Assembly (NCBI GenBank): GCA_965261185.1
Contig: CBDHCN010000002.1
Coordinates: 2,272,813 to 2,336,812, forward strand
Direction of reading: 5' to 3'
DNA length: 64,000 nt
Origin: Candidatus Aldehydirespiratoraceae bacterium
Lineage (GTDB): Bacteria; Actinomycetota; Acidimicrobiia; Acidimicrobiales; Aldehydirespiratoraceae
The notes under the pieces were generated by a model. That model saw nothing but the letters and a program-made list of their open reading frames with translations. It searched no databases and was not told where the DNA came from. Positions 46,753-56,435 of the stretch are shown one piece after another. A program made the translations under genes and the position numbers. Every line of letters starts with the position of its first letter. Position 1 is the stretch's first letter.

Positions 46753-47547
46753 TCAGGCAATGTGCTGACCGGCTGTTACCTGGATTTCTTGACCGGTGAT
46801 GTTGCGTGACCGGGGCGAAGCCAAGAACAGCACAGCCTGCGCGATGTCATCAGGGCCCACATGTCGGCGCAGAGCCGCCTGACGCGCAAAACCGTCGCTG
46901 ATTTCCTCGGGTGTTCGGTTCTGGGCTTCTGCCATACGCTGAAACATCGCTGTTAGTGGTTCACCAGTGGTCAACCCGGGGGTCACGATGTTGACTCGAA
47001 CGCCTACCGGCCCGACTTCTTTGGCCATGGTCTTGGACATGGACTCCATTGCACCCTTGGTCGACGTATAGCGCGAGAGGTCTTCCATCAACGTGGTTGC
47101 GCTGAGCGCGGAGATGTTGATGATCGACCCACCGCCGGTCAAGGCCATATGCGTCGCTGCACTGCGGCAGATCTCCATGGTGCCGATGACGTTGATCTGC
47201 ACAGCCCGTAGGTAGTCGTCCCAGTCAAGGTCGGCGACAGAAACGCTGCCGCCCCCGTAGGTGGCGATGTTGACCACCACATCAATCCTGCCGAACTCGC
47301 TGACTGTGGCCTCAACCGCGGCACGGCACTGCGAAGTATCGGCAATGTCGGTGACAACCGTGAGCGTTTGTCGGTTGGTCGCCTCGGCAACCTCGGCGGC
47401 GAGTCCTTCGAGCGGTTCGGCGCGTCGAGCGGCGAGGGCCACGTCAGCCCCCTCAGTTGCCAGTGCCAACGCACAGCAACGGCCGATACCTTGCCCGGCT
47501 CCGACGATGAGCGCCGCCGCATTCTCCAGTGTCAGGTCGGTCAGCAA
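46753..47547 (-). CDS. SDR family oxidoreductase
   Basis: 264 aa with GAGQGIG, an SxnYxxxK context (YTSTKGA) and a C-terminal ITGQEIQVTAG. Confidence 0.8.
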   Translation of the reverse strand: MLTDLTLENAAALIVGAGQGIGRCCALALATEGADVALAARRAEPLEGLAAEVAEATNRQTLTVVTDIADTSQCRAAVEATVSEFGRIDVVVNIATYGGGSVSVADLDWDDYLRAVQINVIGTMEICRSAATHMALTGGGSIINISALSATTLMEDLSRYTSTKGAMESMSKTMAKEVGPVGVRVNIVTPGLTTGEPLTAMFQRMAEAQNRTPEEISDGFARQAALRRHVGPDDIAQAVLFLASPRSRNITGQEIQVTAGQHIA

Positions 47548-47554
47548 TGCAGCT

Positions 47555-47923
47555 TCACCAGTCGAGATCGGTTTGATGCATACTCCAAGACTCGGCGATC
47601 AGCCCCGCAGCGATCCGATATTGGGCGAGCCAGGTGATCTTCACCTTGGAGCCGATGGCTACGTTGACACCCTCCAGGGCGAGATGCACAAAAACGTAGT
47701 CGTCAACCGCAGCGATTTGGGCGAAATCGAGTTTGGTCGGACGGATCGTCTCGACTGAGGAACTGACGTGGTGAGCATAGCGCTGAGGCGTCGTGCGCTC
47801 GGTTCCGTCACGGGTGTGGCGGACAAAGGGATCAGCCAATACCTCCCCGAGTCGATCCAAGGATTGGTCGATCCAGATGTGGTTCCACAAAGTCTCGATC
47901 AACACTTCATTTTCGCGGCTCAT
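47555..47923 (-). CDS. SnoaL-like / NTF2-fold protein (ester-cyclase-like)
   Basis: 122 aa from the ATG at 47923, preceded by ggagga. It shows the characteristic N-terminal pattern (ETLWNHIWIDQSLDRLGEVLADPFVRH). Confidence 0.6.
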   Translation of the reverse strand: MSRENEVLIETLWNHIWIDQSLDRLGEVLADPFVRHTRDGTERTTPQRYAHHVSSSVETIRPTKLDFAQIAAVDDYVFVHLALEGVNVAIGSKVKITWLAQYRIAAGLIAESWSMHQTDLDW

Positions 47924-47951
47924 CGGTTCCTCCAATCCGAGCGTAGAACAA

Positions 47952-49202
47952 TCACAGCGAAGGGGTTTCTGTCGGGGCGATACGGTTTCGCCAGAGCACG
48001 CCGAAGCCCATTGAGATGAGCACCAGCACACCCATCAGCGACATGATCGGGCGGATGCCATAGATGTCGGCCAGTTTGCCGAAGGGGAGCGAGGCGAGCC
48101 CGAAACCGGTGAAGCTCAACATGATCAGGCTCTGGACCCGTCCGTGGTATTCGACATCGGCGATGGTGAGCGCCAAAGAATTGTTGAGCGCCTGGAACGC
48201 CGCGGAACCTCCGCCCACGAACACAATCACGACGACCGCAGCCCAGTATTGCGGAACCACCGCGAAGAGGATCAACGAGATACCGAAGACGATGGCGGCT
48301 TGGATCTGCAGCGACGGTAACCGTGATTGTTTGACACTGGCCAAGGAGATGCTGGCAATGACTGCGCCGATAGCTGCCGAGGTCGTGAGCAGGCCCAATG
48401 CCCACGCGTCAAGTTCGTAGACGTCTTCCACCAACCCAGGGAGAAAGGTGATGTGGGGGAAGCCGAACATCACGATCAGTAACGAGACAACCAGTAATCT
48501 TGCCAACTCCGGACGTTTGCGAACATAAGCGAAACCGTCGGCCAGGTCGCCGAAGGCTGAACGGCGGGATCTGTACTTGGGCGCACCGGCAGGGAGTTTC
48601 ACGGTGGCGACGACTGACAAGGCAGAGAGCGTGGCGCCCACGTAATAAACACCACCGACCCCGATCACCGCGATGCCGATCAATATTCCGCCGACCGCCG
48701 GCCCCAAGACTCGGGTCATCTGAACACTGGCGTTGCTCAACAAGATGGCGTTGGTGAGCGAGTCACGTTCGACGAGGTCTGCGGTCATCGCCAGTCGCGA
48801 TGGCCCCAACAACGACATACCTAGACCTTGGACTCCACCTGCGGCGACAAGCATCCAGTATTGGATGGTTCCCGTTGAGATGGCGACCGCTATCAAGAAC
48901 GCCGCGGCGGTCATCGCCGACTGCGCGAACATCAAGATGGAGCGCTTACCTATTCGATCGGCGAGCACACCCGACGCGGGGATTGCCACCAAGCTGGTGA
49001 CTCCGAAAGCAAACACCACCCCACCCAGCGCGGTGTTGCTTCCGGTGAGGTCATAGGCGAGCCAACCCCGGGCGATCTGTTGGGTCTGTGAGGCGAGGAA
49101 AATGAACATCCCTCCCCACCACAACATGCGGTATTCGGGAATCTGCAGCGATGCGAACCGTGCTGTCTTCGCTTCGGTATCGGGTACCCCGGTTTCAGAC
49201 AT
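47952..49202 (-). CDS. MFS transporter
   Basis: About 12 hydrophobic segments and an MFS loop motif (GVLADRIGKR). I chose the ATG at 49202. The track ORF runs to 49244. Confidence 0.8.
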   Translation of the reverse strand: MSETGVPDTEAKTARFASLQIPEYRMLWWGGMFIFLASQTQQIARGWLAYDLTGSNTALGGVVFAFGVTSLVAIPASGVLADRIGKRSILMFAQSAMTAAAFLIAVAISTGTIQYWMLVAAGGVQGLGMSLLGPSRLAMTADLVERDSLTNAILLSNASVQMTRVLGPAVGGILIGIAVIGVGGVYYVGATLSALSVVATVKLPAGAPKYRSRRSAFGDLADGFAYVRKRPELARLLVVSLLIVMFGFPHITFLPGLVEDVYELDAWALGLLTTSAAIGAVIASISLASVKQSRLPSLQIQAAIVFGISLILFAVVPQYWAAVVVIVFVGGGSAAFQALNNSLALTIADVEYHGRVQSLIMLSFTGFGLASLPFGKLADIYGIRPIMSLMGVLVLISMGFGVLWRNRIAPTETPSL

Positions 49203-49329
49203 TGAGGCGACGGTATCGCTTCGGCGGACCGCTCTACACATCACGGGTTTTGCTCATCACTGGCACCACCTGGCTGTGATGTCATCATGCGTATATGTTT
49301 CGCCTGTTCGGCAGAGTCGATTGTGAGCT

Positions 49330-50253
49330 GTGATGACCGATGCCGTTGAACACGGATCCAGTCAGGTCGCCAAAGCGGTTGAGCTTGGTTCATACCCAAC
49401 AATTGTCTTGACCACGTTCGCCGGGTTTTGGGCTCTGACGGCTAGCGGAGTGCATGTGACACCCGCGTCTTACGGAGCGGGCGTGCTGGCCGCTGCTTTG
49501 GTGACGGTTCATGAGATCAAGTGGCCCCACCGCCAACAGTGGCATCCGCAGGGGCGTGAGATCCGTGCTGATATGGCGTTCATGGTGGTGGTTCAGATGA
49601 CGTTGCCTTACCTGTTGTCGATCGGCGTAACAATCGGCATTGCCGACCGGTTGAAGGCCGAGGGCTTCACCGTCGATGGTCTTTGGCCGCACCAACTGCC
49701 GGTCGTCGTGCAATCGATATTGATGTTGTTGCTGGCCGATCTAGCTCGCTACTGGTTACACCGAGCGTTCCATCGCTTTGGGTTCATGTGGCGTTACCAC
49801 GCCGTGCATCATTCGCCGCACCGGCTTTACTGGCTCAACGTTGCTCGATTCCATCCGTTTGAGAAAGCTGTTCAGTTCTCGTTCGATGCGCTGCCATTTG
49901 TCTTGGTGGGCGTCTCGAGAGAGGTGCTCGCCGCGTACTTCGTGTTCTATGCGGTCAATGGCTTCTTTCAACACTCCAACTGCGCCGTGCGCCTGGGTTT
50001 TCTCAACTACGTCATCAGCGGACCGGAACTGCACCGTTGGCACCATTCGGAGTTCCCTGAGGAATCCAACACCAATTTCGGCAACAACTTGATTGTCTGG
50101 GACTGGATTTTCGGGACACGCTTTCTACCGGCGGAGCGCCAAGTCGGCAATCTTGGATTGATCAACAGGAAATATCCGAGCGGATTCTGGCAGCAAATGG
50201 GCACACCGTTCGTTGCTGGTTTGGACTCAGAAACTGGGGTTGGCTCGAGGTGA
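49330..50253 (+). CDS. fatty acid hydroxylase / sterol desaturase superfamily membrane di-iron enzyme
   Basis: Three histidine boxes (HRAFH, HAVHH, HRWHH) plus N-terminal transmembrane helices. Confidence 0.75.
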   Translation: MMTDAVEHGSSQVAKAVELGSYPTIVLTTFAGFWALTASGVHVTPASYGAGVLAAALVTVHEIKWPHRQQWHPQGREIRADMAFMVVVQMTLPYLLSIGVTIGIADRLKAEGFTVDGLWPHQLPVVVQSILMLLLADLARYWLHRAFHRFGFMWRYHAVHHSPHRLYWLNVARFHPFEKAVQFSFDALPFVLVGVSREVLAAYFVFYAVNGFFQHSNCAVRLGFLNYVISGPELHRWHHSEFPEESNTNFGNNLIVWDWIFGTRFLPAERQVGNLGLINRKYPSGFWQQMGTPFVAGLDSETGVGSR

Positions 50254-51953
50254 GGAGCAGGGTCGGCTACCTAGGGTTGAGGACTGCTTTGACGCTTACG
50301 CAACGACCGCGTTTGCGGGCGTTGTTGCAGTCTGCGAAGGAACCTGACGAGACGCAACTGAGGGTGCTCAGAGGAATCCTGGCTAGCAATGCCTCGACTA
50401 CTTTCGGGGCGAAACACGGATTTTCGGACATCAACAGCATTGCCGAATATCGCAAAGCCGTACCGGTCCAGGACTATGAGGACCTGCGTGAGTTCGTAGA
50501 GCGCCAGGAACTGACCGGCGAGCCGTGCCTTACCGCAGAGCGACCAGTGTTTTATAATCGTACGAGCGGCACTGTCACCGCTGCCAAGAACATCCCGGTC
50601 ACAGAGGCAGGCCTTGAACGACTTCGGGATCGTCAACGCTTGGGAACCTACGTCTGGTCGGTTGGCGCGCCAATACTGTCGGGCAAGGTTTTCGCGGTTG
50701 GCGGGGCGGCGGTGGAGGGCCATTTGCAAGGTGGAACTCCGTACGGATCCGCGTCTGGGAAGCTGCATGAGAACCAGCCGCGGCTATTGCAAGGCCGCTA
50801 TGTGTTGCCTTCGGCGCTGAACGCTGTGGCCGATTATCAAGCCCGCTATCTGGCGATGGCGATCCTGGGTGTGTCGGAACCGGCGGTCACCTGCATCGCC
50901 ACGGCAAACCCTTCGACGCTCACACAGCTGTTGTCGCTGATCAACCAGCATGCTGAGCTAGTGCTGGAGGCGGTGGCTACGGGACGCTTGCCCGACGAGG
51001 TAGCCGCCAGCGTCGGCGAGGCGGTATGCCTTCTAAACCTGCGGCCTCGGCGCCCGCGCTCCCTGAGGCTGCAGAAGCGTTTGGATGCTAACGGGCTGCT
51101 CACCTATGCCGACTTCTGGCCCAACCTGGCAGGTGTCGTCACCTGGACCGGTGGGAGTTGTGGGGTTGCGTTGGGCAGCCTGAAGCCGACATTGCCCGAG
51201 CGTTGCCTTGTGATCGAGGTTGGCTGGGTGGCTAGCGAGTTGCAAGGAACCATCAATGTCGATGCCCGCAACAACACCTGTCTGCCGTTACTGGAGGACA
51301 CCTTCTTCGAGTTCGTCGAAAGGGATGTTTCTGCTGCCCAACGCAACGAGATCGGATTTCGAGACACCGAGATGTTGACACTTGGCGAACTAGAGACCGG
51401 GCGTGACTACAACGTGGTGGTGACCACCTCCGACGGACTCTATCGCTACGACATGAGCGACATTGTTCGTGTGACCGGTTGGTTGAACGCCACGCCGACG
51501 CTCGAGTTTGTCCAAAAAGCCAGTGGCATCACCAGCATTACCGGAGAGAAACTATATGAGACGCAGGTGTTGGGCGCGGTACCACCCGCGCTCGCTGAGC
51601 ACCAGCTTCCCTCAAGTTTTTTTGTCATGCTGGCGGACGTAGAAACCGCGCGATACACCTTGTACGTCGAACCTGCTCGGACCTCCGATAATGCCGACGA
51701 TGCTGCCGCAGTCGCGTCCCTTGCGCGCGACATTGACAAGCGTCTGCGCTCCGGCAATATCGAATACGACGCCAAGCGAGCCAGCGGAAGGCTTGAATCG
51801 CTGCGAATACTGCGATTGCGCCCCGGCACAGGTGCTGCCTACCGACTCCAACAAGTGGCTGCCGGTCAGCGCGACATGCAGTTCAAGTACCTGCATGTGC
51901 AATACAGCCACGACTGTCCTTTCAATTTTGACGCCTACGTCGAACACCCATGA
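50250..51953 (+). CDS. GH3 family (acyl-acid amido synthetase-like) adenylating enzyme
   Basis: 567 aa. N-terminal FGAKHGFSDINSIAEYRKAVPVQDYEDL and NRTSGTVTAAKNIPVT resemble bacterial GH3 auxin-responsive promoter family proteins. GTGA overlap upstream. Confidence 0.65.
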   Translation: MRSRVGYLGLRTALTLTQRPRLRALLQSAKEPDETQLRVLRGILASNASTTFGAKHGFSDINSIAEYRKAVPVQDYEDLREFVERQELTGEPCLTAERPVFYNRTSGTVTAAKNIPVTEAGLERLRDRQRLGTYVWSVGAPILSGKVFAVGGAAVEGHLQGGTPYGSASGKLHENQPRLLQGRYVLPSALNAVADYQARYLAMAILGVSEPAVTCIATANPSTLTQLLSLINQHAELVLEAVATGRLPDEVAASVGEAVCLLNLRPRRPRSLRLQKRLDANGLLTYADFWPNLAGVVTWTGGSCGVALGSLKPTLPERCLVIEVGWVASELQGTINVDARNNTCLPLLEDTFFEFVERDVSAAQRNEIGFRDTEMLTLGELETGRDYNVVVTTSDGLYRYDMSDIVRVTGWLNATPTLEFVQKASGITSITGEKLYETQVLGAVPPALAEHQLPSSFFVMLADVETARYTLYVEPARTSDNADDAAAVASLARDIDKRLRSGNIEYDAKRASGRLESLRILRLRPGTGAAYRLQQVAAGQRDMQFKYLHVQYSHDCPFNFDAYVEHP

Positions 51954-53143
51954 TGTCCTCGCCCGAATCCCTCGTACCTATCAAAAGGTTGTCGGTGATG
52001 TCGTTCCCGGTGCCGTTCAAGACGGTGGTCCGTCATGCATCGGCCAGTCATCGGCGGGCTCAGAACTTGATAGTGCAGGTGGTTGGAGCCGACGGCCAGA
52101 TCGGCTGGGGAGAGGGTTGTCCCCGTCAATATGTGACCGGTGAGACAATCGACAGCGCCTTGGAGTTCATAGATCAACGCGCAGATGCCTTGTTGACAGA
52201 GATCACCGGTGCAGGGCCTCTGCGGGCTTGGATCAAAGCTCACCGTGAAGAGATTGACCGCAACCCGGCGGCCTTCTGCGCGCTCGAGACAGCTGTGTTG
52301 GACCTGCTCGGCAAGACACAGAAGCGGTCACTTGAGGACATTCTCGAAGTTGCGAAGCCCGTCGGAGAGTTCCGATACACCGCGGTACTGTCCGATCTTC
52401 CCTGGCCGGTGTATCGCTGGCAATGCGGGCGGTACCGCCGTGCCGGTTTCGAAGACTTCAAGGTCAAATTGTCCGGTGATTTGCGCCGCGACCAGCGCAA
52501 GCTGAGGGTCCTCGCAAACCCGATAGCTCGGTCCTCAGCCGCGGCGTCTGGGGTGCGGATTCGGGTAGATGCCAACAACCTTTGGGAGTCGGCCGATGAG
52601 TGCATTGAGCACATAGGGGCGTTAGACGTTGACCTTTTTTCGGTAGAAGAACCGCTTCGGCCGGGAGACTTCAACGGCATGCTCGGTGTGGCGGAACAGT
52701 GCTCAACGCGGATCGTGCTCGACGAGAGCCTTTTGCGAGCTGAGCACCTAGACGCCTTGAGCGGCGATCCCGCCATCTGGATCGCCAACGTTCGCGTATC
52801 GAAGATGGGCGGCATCATCCGCGCGCTGGAGGTGACCCAGAAAGCAGCGGCTTCGGGTGTCGGCGTGATCGTCGGTTGCCAGGTCGGAGAGACAAGTATC
52901 CTCTCGCGCGCTGCGCTCACGGTGATGCAGTCGATCAAGCCCCGGTTGTTGGGCGCTGAAGGAGCCTTCGGCACGCTTCTTTTGCGACGGGATCTCACGT
53001 CGCGCAGCATCATGTTTGGACCGTCCGGTGTCCTTGCAGTTGAAGGAGTGCTTGCCTCCGACAGTGGTAACCCTGGTGGCTTCGGGTTGGAGATTTCCGA
53101 GCGAGCGAAGCGCCAACTGGTCTCGCTAAGGAGCTATCCGTGA
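51950..53143 (+). CDS. enolase-superfamily enzyme, MLE subgroup (racemase/epimerase/cycloisomerase-like)
   Basis: KxK motif (FKVKLSG), metal ligands in RVDANNLW / VEEPL / VLDESL, and a second catalytic Lys in RVSKMGG. ATGA overlap upstream. Confidence 0.7.
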   Translation: MMSSPESLVPIKRLSVMSFPVPFKTVVRHASASHRRAQNLIVQVVGADGQIGWGEGCPRQYVTGETIDSALEFIDQRADALLTEITGAGPLRAWIKAHREEIDRNPAAFCALETAVLDLLGKTQKRSLEDILEVAKPVGEFRYTAVLSDLPWPVYRWQCGRYRRAGFEDFKVKLSGDLRRDQRKLRVLANPIARSSAAASGVRIRVDANNLWESADECIEHIGALDVDLFSVEEPLRPGDFNGMLGVAEQCSTRIVLDESLLRAEHLDALSGDPAIWIANVRVSKMGGIIRALEVTQKAAASGVGVIVGCQVGETSILSRAALTVMQSIKPRLLGAEGAFGTLLLRRDLTSRSIMFGPSGVLAVEGVLASDSGNPGGFGLEISERAKRQLVSLRSYP

Positions 53144-53628
53144 CCGCCCGCAGCGGTTCGGGCTTCGACCGATCGCCATGGATTACTCCTCGTGGAGCTG
53201 GGCGGAGCGGTGGGAACCGCCGTTTGGCATGGGTTGTAGCGTTGCTGACCATCGCTTTCGCGCTGAGAGTGACCGGGCAGGTCGTCCAGCGCTGGGCACC
53301 GGTGTCGTTTTTGCCTGCTTTTGATGACTGGCAGGGAAGTGGTCTTCCCTATCCCGTGTTGCTGGCATTTCAGATCGCGATTGTTGTGCTTGCAGTGGCC
53401 GTGACTCTCCGCATGTCCAGGGGTAGCCGCCTGATCGGCAAGCGTTGGATAGTGCCAGTGTTGTTGGCTGGCATTGTGTACTTCACGGTGATGTTCGCCC
53501 GGTTGATACTTGGCTTCACCGCGTTGTCCGGCATCACCTGGTTCAACCGGCCGATCCCTTCGGCGTTCCACCTGGTACTCGCGACCCAGCTAATGCTCGT
53601 CGCTGCCTACCAGTACCACAGGGACTAA
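53140..53628 (+). CDS. small integral membrane protein
   Basis: 162 aa with about 4 hydrophobic helices. GTGA overlap with the upstream gene. Confidence 0.55.
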   Translation: MTARSGSGFDRSPWITPRGAGRSGGNRRLAWVVALLTIAFALRVTGQVVQRWAPVSFLPAFDDWQGSGLPYPVLLAFQIAIVVLAVAVTLRMSRGSRLIGKRWIVPVLLAGIVYFTVMFARLILGFTALSGITWFNRPIPSAFHLVLATQLMLVAAYQYHRD

Positions 53629-53851
53629 CCTCTGGTCCCCCTGTTCCCCATTGTTGTCGGCGCCGGTGCCGAGGATAACGTTTCTGCGTGTAGGAGCGGT
53701 TGTAAAAACCAGACCTCAACCATCGACGAGTCCGCCTACGAAACGGTTCCCCTGTCCACCTCGCCTTGACCCAGAAACGTGCCTGATGGCGGTGACAGGG
53801 GACCTGATTTTGGTCCATGTGTTGTGGGTTTGATTCCCCGAAAATGGGAGG

Positions 53852-54139
53852 ATGATCACGATGAAGAGGAAACGTCATACACCGGAGCAGGCTGTGCGGA
53901 CGCTGAGTGAGGGCGAGAAGCGTCTGAACGCGGGTGAGGAACTGGGTTCGGTGTTGAAGCAGTTGGAGATTGCTGAGTCGAGGTGGAACCGGTGGCGCAG
54001 TAGCTATGGCGGGATGATGGCCGCTGAGGTGAAGGAGCTCAAGGAGCTGCGTGTGGAGAACGCCAGGTTGAAGAAGTTGTTGGCTGAGGCTGAGTTGGAC
54101 AAGGCGATGCTCAAGGACCTTGCTGGGGGAAACTGGTGA
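53852..54139 (+). CDS. IS3-family transposase OrfA (HTH / leucine-zipper part)
   Basis: 95 aa. KRHTPEQAVRTL...LEIAESRWNRWRSSYGG...ELKELRVENARLKKLLAEAELDKAMLKD is typical of IS3 OrfA. Confidence 0.8.
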   Translation: MITMKRKRHTPEQAVRTLSEGEKRLNAGEELGSVLKQLEIAESRWNRWRSSYGGMMAAEVKELKELRVENARLKKLLAEAELDKAMLKDLAGGNW

Positions 54140-54969
54140 CCCCATACCGTCGCCGGGTCGCGGTGGTGCGGCTCAAGGTGCGGTTCGGGGTGTCGCAACG
54201 CCGGGCGTGCGCTGTGGTGGGTCAGCATCCCTCGACTCAGCGGCGTTCTCGGCCAGCGCGAGTGGACGCCGATGGCGTCTATGGGCAGTGGCTGTGTGAC
54301 TTCGCGCAGCGTCACCCTCGTTGGGGGTGGCGCAAGGCCCATGATGTCGCTGCTCGGGAAGGCTTGGTCACCAATCCCAAGCGCACGCTGCGTTTGGGCG
54401 TGCTCATTGCCTTCAGCGGCCTCCGCAACGGCGGCACAAACGCCGGCGTCTCGGTAACCGCACCGCGGTCAAGCTGCGCGCCGAGCACCCGAACCATGTG
54501 TGGGCGCTGGACTTCCAGTTCGACGAGACCGCCGCACAGCGGCGTTTGAAGCTGCTCAACGTGATCGACGAGTTCACCCGCGAAGCCCCGGCGATACATG
54601 TCGATCACAGCATCAACGCCGACAAAGTCGTCGACACCGTCGAGGCCATCGCCGCAGTCACCGGCGCGCCACAGCATCTGCAAATGGACAACGGCCCCGA
54701 ACTCGTCGCTACCGTCCTGCGAGACTGGTGCCGCCACTCAGGCACCCACACCGCCTACATCGAACCCGGCGCGCCCTGGCAGAACGGCCACATCGAATCG
54801 TTCAACGGCCAGCTACGAGACGAATGCCTCAACATCGAAGACTTCGTCAACCTCCTCGAAGCCCGAGTCGTCATCGAGGACTGGCGACACAACGACAATC
54901 ACTACCGGCCACACCGATCACTCCACGGAAATACCCCCGCCGTATCGTGGTCATCCTCCCATTCTCGGG
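54136..54969 (+). pseudogene. IS3-family transposase OrfB (DDE), frameshifted and 3'-interrupted
   Basis: Two track ORFs (54136..54549 and 54498..54989) are joined only by a frame change near 54395. My alternative-frame translation gives RPPQRRHKRRRLGNRTAVKLRAEHPNHVWALDFQ. The DDE core (QMDNGPE...NGHIESFNG) is present. The 3' end is cut by the IS481 insertion. Confidence 0.75.
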
Positions 54970-56254
54970 TGTTGTGGTTCAGGACATAGGAAAGGCATGT
55001 GTCAAGACATAGGAAAGGGTTTGGTCGGCTGATGTTGGGGCATGTCGAAACGTCGATCGGTTATCTTGTCGGTGGTGTTGGAGGGTCGGACCCAGGCCCA
55101 AACGGCCAGGCTCTATGGGGTGTCTGAGAGTTGGGTCTTTAAGCTTGTGGCCCGCTGGCGTGCTGAGGGCGACGCTGCGTTCCAAGCCCAGTCGCGGCGT
55201 CCTGGTAGCTCACCAACCAAGGTCTGTGACGAGACCGTCGAGATGGTGGTGAACCTACGCTCAGAGCTGTCCTCCCGAGGTCTCGACGCCGGCCCCCACA
55301 CCATTGCCTGGCACCTCCAGCAGCGCCACCAGATCACTGTTTCGCCCTCGACGATACGGCGCCGTTTCGTCGATCTGGGTCTCGTGGAGCCCAACGCGAA
55401 GAAACGCCCGAAGTCGTCCTACGTACGGTTCGCTGCCGATCTGCCTAATGAGATGTGGCAGTCAGACTTCACCCACTGGCGCCTCGCCACAGGTGCCGAC
55501 ACCGAGATCATCACCTGGCTCGACGACCATTCACGCTACGCACTGTCAGTCACCGTGCATTGGCGCATAACCGGACCGATCGTTGTCGACACCTTCAACC
55601 AAACCTGTGCTGAGCACGGGGTTGCTACGTCCACCCTCACCGACAACGCCATGGTCTACACCACCCGCTTCTCCGGCGGGAAAGGCGGCAGAAACGCCTT
55701 CGAAGCCCGCCTCGCGGCCCTAGACATCGAACAGAAGAACTCTGCGCCCAACCACCCCACCACCTGCGGAAAAGTCGAACGTTTCCAACAAACCCTCAAA
55801 AAATACCTCACCGCCCAACCCCGCGCCCACAGCCTCGACCAGCTCCAAGGCCTCCTCGACGAATTCACCCGTCACTACAACCACAACCGGCCCCACCGCA
55901 GCCTCGGCCGCACAACCCCAGCCGCTGCCTACCAGCGTCTCCCCAAAGCAACCCCCGAACACAACAGCGCCGACATCCACTTCAGAGTCCGCCACGACCG
56001 CATCGACAAAACAGGCTCCGTCACACTCCGCCACAACAGCCGACTCCACCACATCGGCATCGGCAGAGCCCACAAACACACCCCCGTAACCCTGCTCGTC
56101 GCCGACCTCGACATCAGAGTCATCGCAACCCAAACAGGTGAACTCCTCCGACACCTAACCCTTGACCCAACCCGCGACTACCAACCCCAACACCAACCCT
56201 GAAAACCCCCGCCCCGCGTGGGTTCACACCTTTCCTATGTCTTGACACATCACA
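54970..56254 (+). mobile_element. IS481-family insertion sequence (about 1285 bp), apparently intact
   Basis: TGT...ACA termini with imperfect inverted repeats containing gtcaagacataggaaagg. It is flanked by a 15-bp direct repeat, cctcccattctcggg, at 54955-54969 and 56255-56269. Confidence 0.8.
55042..56202 (+). CDS. IS481-family DDE transposase
   Basis: 386 aa with an N-terminal HTH (QAQTARLYGVSESWVFKLVARWR), then WQSDFTHW, LTDNAMVY and YNHNRPHRSLG. Confidence 0.88.
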   Translation: MSKRRSVILSVVLEGRTQAQTARLYGVSESWVFKLVARWRAEGDAAFQAQSRRPGSSPTKVCDETVEMVVNLRSELSSRGLDAGPHTIAWHLQQRHQITVSPSTIRRRFVDLGLVEPNAKKRPKSSYVRFAADLPNEMWQSDFTHWRLATGADTEIITWLDDHSRYALSVTVHWRITGPIVVDTFNQTCAEHGVATSTLTDNAMVYTTRFSGGKGGRNAFEARLAALDIEQKNSAPNHPTTCGKVERFQQTLKKYLTAQPRAHSLDQLQGLLDEFTRHYNHNRPHRSLGRTTPAAAYQRLPKATPEHNSADIHFRVRHDRIDKTGSVTLRHNSRLHHIGIGRAHKHTPVTLLVADLDIRVIATQTGELLRHLTLDPTRDYQPQHQP

Positions 56255-56435
56255 CCTCCCATTCTCGGGGAATCAAACCCACAACAGATGGACCCAAATC
56301 AGGGTCCCCTGTCAGACCCGCCAATACTTGGTGAGCAATTCTACGAACACGAACCTCCGGCGCGACCGTGGTATCGTTGGTGGACCTAACGTCCCTGTGG
56401 TCCGCTTGCCTGGCCCATGAGAGAGGGAACCGCGC

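Larger units (their letters stand above)
53793..56314 (+). mobile_element. IS3-family insertion sequence, decayed and interrupted by a nested IS481-family element
   Basis: The terminal inverted repeats are about 55-60 bp. Left: tgacaggggacctgattttggtccatgtgttgtgggtttgattccccga.aatgggagg. The reverse complement lies at 56255-56314. The ends are TG...CA. Confidence 0.8.

Noticed and set aside
55720-56154. 144-aa minus-strand ORF inside IS481
   Set aside because: It is antisense to the intact transposase gene. Its Val/Gly/Glu-rich repeat composition mirrors the transposase C-terminal low-complexity region.
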